A DNA stretch of 55,864 nt from contig NW_003314263.1 of the NCBI RefSeq assembly GCF_000143415.4, positions 2,182,655-2,238,518 on the forward strand. The letters are read 5' to 3'. A program made the translations under genes and the position numbers. Positions 39,801 through 50,567 of the stretch are shown here, piece after piece. Under the pieces are notes generated by a model. It saw nothing but the letters and a program-made list of their open reading frames with translations, made no database searches and was not told the origin of the DNA. The DNA comes from Selaginella moellendorffii (taxonomy: Eukaryota > Plantae > Lycopodiophyta). The stretch's first letter is position 1; each line of letters starts with the position of its first letter.

Positions 39801-42800
39801 ACCATGTCTTTGGTGTCACTTGCACTAAGGTGGTCAAGTTAGATATGCTGAGCCACACTAAGCAATCTAACCGTGCATCACGACTCTGAGGCATCCCTCG
39901 CTTGGCGGTGTGCCCAAGCCAGTCTCCACACTGAGAGTCCATGACCACCGAAAAATGAGTGTCCTCATATTCCAAACCATCACCACGCCTTAGTGAGTTG
40001 GGACTCGAACCCAAGCACTAGAGGGTCGGGACTCGAACCCAACCTCCGTATATGCATCTACGGACGGCATCACCCAGGATGCCTGGCGTGACTCATCACG
40101 CCGGTGCACCAACTTATGCTTAAAGCGCGCTACAGATTACAGCTTAGGAACCTAGTTCCTCCACACTGCCAAGTCCTCTCACTTGACAAGTCTGTGATCA
40201 TGCATGGACTCCTCCATGCTTGGCCCCATGGCCCACCCGTTTTGAAGTTATCACCTTCAACTAGGGTATTTGTTCCCCTGACTTGCCAATCTCACTTTGG
40301 CAAGTCATCCGACCACTGTAACATGATTCCTGCACAAGCGTGAAAGTCTTTGACCATCGACTTTCGTTCAAAGCCCTCTCTTTGAACACTCGGGAACTAC
40401 TTCCCTAACCTTGATAGCCTTGCCTCATGGCAAGCTTCAATACCACGCTTCTGCTGCGCCACTCCGATTTCGCGCGTTCCATGAACCATTTACACTTGGC
40501 CTTTCTAGGTACTAAGCTACTTAAAATCGTCTTTGGGAACCTTGAAGGAACTCTGTCCCTTAGCTTGCTAAGGCTTCCCTTTTTGCAAGCTTTCCAATTG
40601 CCACATGGTCTAACATGGAGAATTCCATATTTTAGACTCTCCATGGCATCACGGTTGCTAGCGGCAACACCTTCGAGCCCCCACTTGATTCTCCACTCCC
40701 AGCTAGCATAACCAACCTTAGTTATGCCCTTCGATTCCTATGGTTCGGTTTTATCCCCTTACTTCTTGCTTTTGGCTTCACACCTTTCCTTCGGTCATTC
40801 TCCTCCAGACGAGGAGGATAGCTTTGCACTTTCTATCATGCTTTAGCAAGTATTCTTAGGGATGAACCTACCCAATAGCCTATAGAGTGGTTCTTCAATC
40901 CGGGTATGCTCACCCTATAATCCCACACACTAGGATTACATTGTTGCTTATGGGCCTTTACATGCCTATCACTAGCCTTGCCAACATTCCATTTTTGGCT
41001 TTGTCCAATTCGGGTAGACAGTCTTCTCCTGTCTCCGCAACCTTGGACATTTGGATAGCACCTTCTATCCATCATTCGCTAGGGACTTAGTAACTTGGGC
41101 CTTATCTATTGCCCTCGCGACATCAAACACCACCTCCTAGTGTTCTAGAGTGTTTGGGTGTCCCAATGACGGCTTCCTTGACAATGAGTATTTCCTTTCA
41201 TGACATTGACTTACTATATCGCAACATAAGCAACTTATCCTCCGTAAGGGTATATCCAACTTCCTTATGCCATTAAGAAGGCTTGGGTAACTACCTTCTA
41301 CCTGTTTAACCAATTATTTTGCACCTCTTACTTAGTTGCCTCATAGTTATCAAGTCCTACAACTCATTACTGGTGCTTCCACACCTCCATCATTATCTGG
41401 GTCACCACACTCCAACTACATGCTTTGCAACTTAGGCTATGCCATTCCCATTTCCATTGGGATTCCTTTGGCAAGGGGTTTTCATGAACCCACCAACATA
41501 GCCTCAAGGTATCACACTTTGGCACATTTGGTGTCTCCACACGATCGGCTCTACGAGCCTACCTCTATGACACTTCTTCTTTGTGTCTAAGTCTTTGCCA
41601 AGACTAATACCACTCTTTCTCATGCCAACCATCCGTTAGCACTGCACCATAGAGGTCACACACAACTTTGTTTCAAAGTTGTTTTCTTTTAGGAACACCC
41701 TTCCCACGACTTTAGCATAGCACATTTTGCCATCGATGAGATACCCTCTGTTCTCATCCTTGGATCCTATGATCCCCCCCTATCCTTCGTGGGGTACCAC
41801 ACACCTCAGTCCAAATGCTTCCATCAATCCCTTAGGATTATTCCTTGGCTCTATTGGAGTCATTCAGCTTTTTGGACTTTGTCATCCGACGACCCATGAG
41901 GTCCTACCTTTGAGGTGCCAGCTCACTGGAATACGACTTCTTGTATTTAGGTCCTACTCACAAGGACCATCTTTGCAAGTGTTACTCCGACACTTGATTT
42001 GTTCTCTTGGGGCAACCTTTTGCCTCTTAGGACCACTTGTCCATGTGATGAGAATACCAACTCATCCTCTAAGTACATCCCCAACTCCTTGGGTTGTTCC
42101 AGCATTTATTAAAGGCAGCCCTAGCTACCATTTTAAGGACTAAAGTCCTCTTCCGTATTTGACCTCCCACAGTCATTACTTCTGATCTCACATTCATTAG
42201 CACCAATCTCAACTATATGAAGATAATCTTATGACTCCTTTATTGCTTTGGAGTCTTTATCTTTCCCGTGATCCCAACTATAGTTGTTTACTACAACTAC
42301 ATTAGCCAGTTTGCTAAGTCAAACGCTCATCTGGATCACATCCTCAGCTCTTTGAGGAAACCTTATATTGTTCCCAAGATCCCAAAGTTATTCTATTATT
42401 GGCCCTTTTCTATCCACCACATCATGCCCAAGTTCACGCATGAACTTGAGTGGTGAGCCATGTCCTCTTGACATGCTACTCCTCAAGGATAGGCCCACTC
42501 CTAGGACCTTCCAATGCCAACATCAATGGTGATATACTTGAGCACCAATAAAAGTCGGACTAAGGAACAGCTCCGATACCAGGTTGTAAGCGACTAATTT
42601 TTCCATTCTACTTTAGTCACTTAACCACACCTCCGACCACTTGGAGGAGTCTCATTCACAACCTCCATAAGTCCAATCCAGGACTTGGGACTTGCTAGCC
42701 CCAAGAATGGCATCCATGCCACTCAACCCTTGCACCTGGTCCAAGTGCTCCACGTGTCCGATCCCATGACCGACACTCCAAGGTACCATCGATATAGTAG

Positions 42801-44386
42801 CCTGTTACGCTAAGGCCATGCTCAATCACCTTTGCCACACTGGTAGTCCAATACCACTTGCATCACAATCTTGGCTCTCCAAAACTAGGCAAACCATTCG
42901 TGAGTGGTCATCTCAGATCCACTCCTTAGCATCCTTAGGATGCCCACCGATAAGGGGAACAGCCTTCCCCAATATCCCTCTGTCAGTCCCCACTAAGTCC
43001 CTTTCTACCCTGGCCGTGTTTGCCAACACTGCCACTGGATCGAGGCCCACAGGCCCGACCACTAAGTCCCACAGTCCTCTGGGACTTCCTCTCCCCACGA
43101 CTGTGTTCTTGGTCACTACCCCAGAGGACTGTTCCTCTTCCTTTCCACAGTCTGGGCCTTTGGGACAACATTTCGGAACACCATGGCCTTACGCAAGCCA
43201 CCTGGGTACTCTCCCCGCCTTCCACCTTTGGGTGCTCTAGCCATAGGCTTAGAGCGAGGTTCCGTTGAGCCACGCCTGGTATCCAAGTAGGTAGTGCCAC
43301 CCACACTTGGACTGGGAGCATTGGCCAGTCGATCTCCCGGGGGAACTAGAGCCGGCTCTTGAACACTTCACCAAGCTACCCCGCTTGTCAGTCTGTGTTC
43401 ACTCTAGTCTTGGACTTCCCAGTGGTCAGCTCATCACCCAACACTGGGTCTGGCCTTCCTGGGCCAAACGGGCCTTTCTTGGCCAAACTGGCTCCACTGG
43501 GCTCCAACCCCCACACTCTCCCTACTATACTTTTGGAACCCCTTGCAGCCCCCCGCCCCCCCCCCCCCCCTGGGAGACGCATGCTTTGGGCTTTCACCCC
43601 TTGACCCGTATTAGTATTTGGACTTAGTCTCTGGCTCGATCTCGGACCCCATTTCGGATTCGGTCTCGGACTCGATCTTGGACTCGATCTCGGACCCGAT
43701 CTCGGACCCGACCTCGGACTCGACCTCGGACTCGGTCTCGGACCCGATTTCGGATCTCAGACTCCGTCTCGAACTCGGTCTCGAACTCGGACTCAAACTC
43801 GGTCCCCGAGTCGGTCTCGGACTCGATTCCGGACTCTATCTCGAACTCGGTCCTAGAGTCGGTCTTGGACTCGATCTTCGACTTGGTCCCATCCGATGAA
43901 CTCTTTGTCATTTTGGTCATGCTTTTGGGGTTCCTTTAGCCTACGACACCTCGGCGAGTTGGTTCCTTACACCATCTCGGACTCCATCTCGGGTCCATCT
44001 CAGACTCCATCTCGGACTCCATCTTGGGTCCATCTCGGACTCCATCTTGGGTCCATCTCGGACTCCATCTCGGTCCCGTCTCGGATCCATCTCGGACTCC
44101 ATCTCGGGTCCATCTCGGACTCCATCTCGGATCCATCTCGGACTTCATCTCGGACTCTTCCACGTGTCATATGTTGGTCCCTTTGGGTCTCTTTGTAGAG
44201 CCTCGCTTATGGCTCGCTTCGTGCTCATTCCTTGAGCACTTTGTTGGGAGTTCTACTCCCGCTCTCGACCTTTGAAGTCGGAGCTTTTAGTCCAAACGTG
44301 TTACGCTTGTTTGGCTTTCGCTTCGGCCACTACCACATGGCACCCTTCCGGCTCCACTTTGGGGCCTAGGGATTTTGTGTCTCACA
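36832..44386 (-). mobile_element. Younger copy of the long-LTR non-autonomous (LARD-like) element inserted in the Gypsy integrase; LTRs 42585-44386 and 36832-38600
   Basis: Highly similar ~1.8-kb TG...CA LTRs, PBS tggtatcggagc (minus strand, 42570-42581), PPT gggtggtggagt, TSD TAGAA/CAGAA. The 4-kb internal region has no long ORF, only faint pol remnants. Confidence 0.9.
37868..38370. repeat. Tandem arrays within the LTR: 6-bp (gactc./gtctc.) and 11/12-bp (ccatctcgggt / ccatctcggact) units
   Basis: Directly visible. Also present at 43630-44155, 25960-26460, 33535-33805 and 51880-52215 with variable copy number. Confidence 0.9.
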
Positions 44387-44978
44387 CAGAACTCGGAAGA
44401 TCACTCAAGAAATCTATGGAGATGGATTCCCAAGGACCTGAAGGGATTGGGAAGGAATGAAGCAAATCTAAAGGAAGGTGGCAAGGTACCTTATTCTAGG
44501 CATAAGTGTCACGGGAGGTAACAAAAGCTTTGATGTAGTCGTCCATATGAGGCCACCAAAAGCCCCATGCAACCAGCTTATAGGTTTTCACAATGCCGAA
44601 GTGACTACCAGTTGGGCTATCCTGGCACGCCATCAGGACCAACCTTCGAGCATCACCTTCAAGAACGTAAAGCTGCTCCCCATAGTACAACAAGCCATTT
44701 AAGAACTCGAACTCGTAAAATCATCGGTAGTCGGGAGTCACTGGGTGTCTAGCCTGAAGATGGGGGAAAATATTGCTGGCGAGGTCGTCAGATTGAAGAT
44801 CGTTTCTGATTGCATCCATCAAGGAAGAGTCCTGAGGGGCCAGGGAAATTGCCATAACTTGAAGCCGATCAGGACCAAGGATAACCTGATCCTATTGATC
44901 GAAAGTAGGATTACCAGGCCTGAGACTGAGATAGGAGCGCCTTGAAAGAGCATCAGGAAGGCCCTGAAGCTTGCTAGG

Positions 44979-46108
44979 TATAGCACACGTGGTTTTGACC
45001 TTTTATCCTATGGTGATTTACCATAGGATAACACCACAAAACGGAACCTAAACCCTTCATGTGCCACGTGTCATATGCCACGTGTCCATAGGACAGTGGT
45101 GTGGAACCCAAGGTTCAGGGCCTTGGGCCACTGAACAAAGGAACGGTGCCAAACCCCCAAGCTTGGAGCCAAGGAGTGATGGAACTGGACCACAGAGTAA
45201 CTCCCGAGCATACAGCCCAAGGAGCAAAGGGACAAGAGCCCGGAGTGACTTGGAACAATCCTAGAGCAACTAGCATCCCAATGCCAGGATTAGCACGCAA
45301 AACGGAGCCAAACAGAGTCTGGCGCTATTTCGGCATACTGGTGGCCTAACGCAAGGATATGGGTACTCCACCAACTAGCATGGTCTGGAGCTTGGGCTTA
45401 GACCCAAGCCGGACGCAGAACAAGGACAAGCACGCAAGCGAGAGCTAGACTATGCCTCAAGTTGGTCGACCATGCCCAACCTACCCACTATCCCTATTAT
45501 ACATTTGGAACCCCCTATAGCCCCCCTTGAGGAACACATGCTTTGGGCTTTCACCCCAAGCCTCCCTTAGTATCAGGAGTTAGTCTCTGGGACAAGCTTG
45601 AAACTTACTAAATATGGAATGGCGCTAGAATGTGAATTTGGACAGGGGACGAACACCATTGCGTTCAGGCCAATCTCTACATTCCGTAGATATGCCAAAT
45701 GAGCAAATCTAAACATTTTCTATAAATAGCATTTGGGACCGAAATGAGACTAACACAAAGGGTATGATAGCAAGGGTGTTTGGCAGACACGGTAAGCTAT
45801 CATCTAGCGATATTGAAGAACCAAGCTCAATATCGCGGGGGTTCCCAACACTAGCAAGTGCAAGTCAACATCATGAGTTTCTCGTCACCGTGCCAAGTAT
45901 GCTTGACTAAATGACAACGTAGGATTTCCTTCCTTAGTGCCCTTCCGGTCTAAGTGCACATGTGATGACTAGTTTCTCAACTAGCTCAGGCGGAAACTGA
46001 TAACGGGTCCAGCAATACCGACCTCCTGCTGTCGTGGCAGTAAGGAAAGAATATCCGAAAGGACTAGCCAACATGTAACTTTCGATACCCGAAGTCACAT
46101 TCGCGACA
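44979..46108. mobile_element. Solo LTR (1130 bp) inserted between the Gypsy RNase H and integrase
   Basis: TSD CTAGG (44974-78 / 46109-13), TA(TG)...CA termini. Removing it restores [24 protein letters not shown]. Confidence 0.85.
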
Positions 46109-49100
46109 CTAGGTCTGTACTTGATAACAAAGTCAAACCGACTCAGGAATTGTGCCCACCTTGCTTGACAACGGCTCAAAACTCGAAAAGTGGCAAAGTA
46201 CTCAAGATTTTTGTGATCAGTTCAGACCGTTGTTTGATGGCTCGCCCCCTCCAAGAAACGATGCCACTCTCCAAAGGAATCCATGATGGCAAGGAGCTCT
46301 TTGTCATGGATTTCGTAATTGATCTCTACAGGCTGGAATTTTCGAGAATGAAAAGCAACCGGATGAAATTCTTGATCCGCTCCGAGTTGAGACAACACAG
46401 CACCGATGGCAAAGTCAGAGGAGTCTGCCTCGATGAAGAAAGGTTGTGAGGGATCAGTGTGGATCAAGACGGGAGCATAACTGAAGGCCGCCTTGAGTGT
46501 GTCAAAGGCCTGTTGGGTAGCAGCAAATCAAGAGAAGGGAGAAGGGAACATCCTTGCGAGTGAGATGCGTGAGAGGAAGGACAATGTTGGAGTAGTGATC
46601 AATGAATTTGCGGTAGAAGTTGGTGAAGCCAAGGAAAACCTAAATGTCCGACATTGATTGTAGAGGCTCCCATTTGAGAATAGTCTTGACTTTGGCAGGA
46701 TCCATCGTGATACCCTCAGGAGTGACAATGTACCCAAGGAACTCCATAGACTCCTGATCGAAGGAACATTTCTCAAGCTTCACGTATAGGCCGTGTTCGC
46801 GCAGCTTCACTAGCACCTTGCACACATGCTCATCGTGCTCCTCTTGAGTTTTTGTGTAGATGAGGATGTCGTTGAGGTAGACGATCACCATCTAATCAAG
46901 AATTCGCCATGTGTTGGAAAACTACTGGAGCATTTGTCAAGCCAAACAGCATGACAGTGTACTCGAAGTGGCCATAGCGGGTTCGGAATGCAGTCTTCCA
47001 TTCATCGCCAAGCCGGATCTAGATCAGGTTGTATATTCTATGGAGGTCAATCTTGGTGAAGAAGCGGGCGCTGCCGAGGCATTCCAACAGGTCCGAGATC
47101 AGGGGCAGAGGATAACAGTTCTGAACAGTCACCTTATTCAAACCTCAGTAGTTGATGACTAGCCGCAAACTCCCATCTTGACAAAGAAGACAGGCGCTCC
47201 AGCTAGGGACTGCAAATGCTAAATCTAACTCGATGCAAGGAACTCATCCACATACTCTCTGAGGGCCTTAAGCTCGGACAGGGATAACCTGTAGATATGC
47301 CCCCACGGAGGTGATGCTCCTTCCTGTAAATCAATAGGACAGTCATAAGGCCGATGAACAGGCAGTACACTAGCTTTTTTCTTGTCAAACACATCCCCAA
47401 AATCATGATACTTCTCAGGAATACTAACAGGAGAAACATGCAAAGCAAAAAAGAAAATAGATTTTTCGTGAATGAGTTCTTTCATAGTGATTGTGGAGAT
47501 AGGAGGAGGCATATGACTGAATGGAATGATGGGACGAGGATACTATTCAATGTAAGATGGAAGAAAGGGAAAAGAAGATTAAGGGATAGGGAGCAAAGAG
47601 GGTGAAAACTTTGTAAAGTCAGGAACAAAACCTTGATTTGAGTTTAGAGAACTTTTTCTGATTCGGACTCGATGAACAGCAAGGGAAGACATGGGAGATG
47701 GTGACGTAGGAGAGACAAGCTGTAATTCCTTCCAATAGATATGAGGCTGGTGCAATTGGAACCAAGGAAGGCCGAACACCACAGAGGAGGACTTGCTGTT
47801 GATGATGTTGAAGGCAATATCAATGACGATGGACCCAATGTGTACTCGAACGGGCAACGTTTCCCTAGGTCCAGAAGATGGAGACACAAAATGCCCACCG
47901 ATGTCTTTAACCCTTAGATCCCGTATGGTAGGAGAAAGAGGAATGTGATGTCGGGCAGCAAAGTCCGTATTTATGAAGCAGGAAGTTGTGCCTGAGTCCA
48001 ATAGCGCCAGAGCCTTGAGTCCTGATTATCCGGTGAAAGAAAGGAAAGTTGTGGGAATTGGTGGTGGCTTTGATGAAAGGTGGTGAGGAGCTTGATAAAG
48101 AAGAAAAGTGATTTTTATTTAGGGAGTCCAAATAGACAGCTCCTACTCTATTTGGACAGGGTCGTTTCCTGACTACAACAGAGGTGGACCTTGAGGCAGA
48201 GTGAACTCGAGCAATCGGGGAGGCTTCTTGGGACATACAACTACTTTGTGATTAGGATCAGCACAGTAGAGGCAAAGATTCTGAGATACTCAACATTGCT
48301 TCTCAACAAGACTCAGCTTCCCTCTGATGAGTTGGGGAGTACCAGACATATCCATCAGGACTAGAGCAGTAGGTTCAGAAGTATGCCCCGAAGACACAAG
48401 CTGGGATTCTTGAGTCTGGGATAGGAAAATGGTGGCACAGTGACTTTCCTGACAATGTTCAAAGAGACGATTGTCAAATCAAATAGCTTTGTTGATGGCG
48501 TCCGACAGGTCTGTGGGATCCTCCATGGTGAGCAACAAATCCTTGACACCGTTGTTGAGGCCGAAATAAAATTGATCAATTAGGGCCCACTCATCCCACT
48601 AAGTGTCCAAGGCAAGGAGTTGGAACTCCACAGCATAGATCGAAGCAGGACGAGACCCCTGAGAGAGATGTCTCATCTTTGTGGTGGCAGCCCGAACCCG
48701 ATCCGTCTCACCAAAACATGCTTCAAGATTCTCTTTGAACAATTGAAGATTCATCAGCTCCGGAACCACGACCCCTTTCATGCTCTTCTCTAGGTGAGGA
48801 GAAAACAATGACAAAGTTGCACGTCCCGATTGCACCGATTTGAGACTCGGGAATGGGGTACTGCCAATGTTAAAGTGCGAAGATCAGCTCCATCTGGTTC
48901 AGAAATCTACGAAGCTTTGAAGGCTTACCTGAGAACTTCTCCGGGAAACTCACCTTCGGTTCAGAAATTCTGCTTGATCCTTGAGCCAAAAGTGAAGCAA
49001 GCTTCTATTACATGTGAAAAAGGGTTGCCTTCAGCTCGGTATTCTCAAACTAGATTTTTGCAAGGACTTCGGCAAAGGAATCAGGATGGCTTGGAGACTC

Positions 49101-50373
49101 CATCGGCAAAGAAGAAAGAAAAGGGGAAAAAAGGCAAAGGCAAAGTCAATCAAACAATCAAAACAAGCTAAAGAAAAAGCAAAAAGCATAATCTAAATCA
49201 AACTGTCAAGACCCCCAACAAAATTAGGACTGGAAAATGCAAAAGACAAAGAGAAAAGTTAGTAGAGACAAAGAAGAAGTCTTAGACTGGCGTTGATTCA
49301 GATTGTGGAGAAATGGAACAAGGCTAACTTATATATACTATAGGTTGATGAAGCTCCACCACTCTTCGATCGACGGCCTAAATATAGCTGAGGTTGAGGA
49401 GGGGCCACATCATCATCAGGAATGTGGTTTGAGAATCAGGAATCGTACGAGAAATCAAAGAGTCAAGAATAGGGAAGTGTCTCGAAAGTCAGGAATGTGT
49501 CTGCGGGTCAGGAATCTGGTGAGAGTTAGGAATGTGGCAAGAGTTAGGGGATTCCTAACATAAAGTATGGAATTGTCCATATTAGGCCATATGGCAATTA
49601 GAAAGTTTGCAAAAGGAAAGGCCCTAACAAGCTAAAGGATAAAATCCTTTAAATATTCCCAAAGACAATTCTGGGTAGGTTGGTACCTAAAAAGACAAAT
49701 GTAAATGGTTCATGGGATTACGTGAAATCAAAGTGGCACAATAGAAGCGTGGTTTTGAAGTTTGTTATAAGGCGATGCTATCAAGGTTGGGGAAGTAATT
49801 CCCGTGGATTCAAAAAGATGGCTTTAAACAAAAATCAATGTTTGAGGATTTTCACACTTATACAAATAACTATGGTATACTAGCTGGATGACTTGATAAG
49901 TGCGATTGGCAAGTCAAAGGAAATAAGGACCTAGTTGAAGGTGATGACTTCAAAAGGGTGGCTCATGGGGCCAAGCATGGGAGAGTCCATGCATGATCAC
50001 AAGCTGGTCAATTAGTTTGTCAAGTGAAAGGAATTAGAAGCTCGAAAAAACTAGGTTCCTAAGCTGTGATTTGTAATGTATGTTAGATATAAATTGGTAG
50101 GAATATGATGACACTCATTTTTTAGTGGTCATGGACTCTCAATACGGAGGTTGGCTTGAGCACATTGCCAAATGGGGGATGCCCCGAAGTCGTGATTTAT
50201 GGTTAAATTGCTTAATGTGAAAGTTCGGCATATCTAATTTGAAAATTTTGGTGCAAAAAGCACTAAAGATGTGGTGAATACAATAGGGACACCTAATCTC
50301 AATTGCTATAGACCTTGGTCGGAAGGGCTAACTTGGGTGCACTACCAAGTGTGGGGGGCCCCCAAGATCGTGA

Positions 50374-50567
50374 TGTAAACAACTAAAGGGAACAACTCAA
50401 AAAACAATCTATAGAGTTCAAATATAAAGAGAAAAGGCTTATAAATAAGAGTGCACCCCTTTTTCCAATTGATTAAGGGTCTTGAGATATTTAAGGTTAA
50501 GCATCCTTGGGTTTGAATAGTACTAGGCTGGGTGACCTCTTAGAAAGTCTAAATTCAGGAACTTACA
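50374..50567 (+). mobile_element. Cassandra solo LTR (194 bp)
   Basis: tgtaaacaac...tagtactaggctgggtgacctc...acttaca; TSD CGTGA/CGTGG. Confidence 0.85.

Larger units (their letters stand above)
35338..49560 (-). mobile_element. Ty3/Gypsy chromovirus (Tcn1/Tf1-like), full-length but with stops and frameshifts; LTRs 49204-49560 and 35338-35698
   Basis: TG...CA LTRs, TSD TAAAG, PPT gaggagggggtgt. Domains on the minus strand: gag (~48830-48250), protease LDSGTTSCFI (~48010), RT VIVYLNDILIY (~46880), RNase H FFIEADSSDFAIGAVLSQ...EIHDKELLAI, integrase (44700-44390 continuing 36830-36200), chromodomain YEVQDILDSKISRFKLYYLVD*KGYGYEECTWE (~35970-35875). Confidence 0.95.

Noticed and set aside
40085-40102. 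Hammerhead ribozyme (retrozyme) suggested by UGAUGAG on the minus strand
   Set aside because: The core reads GUGAUGA rather than CUGAUGA, and no GAAA/NUH elements are correctly placed.
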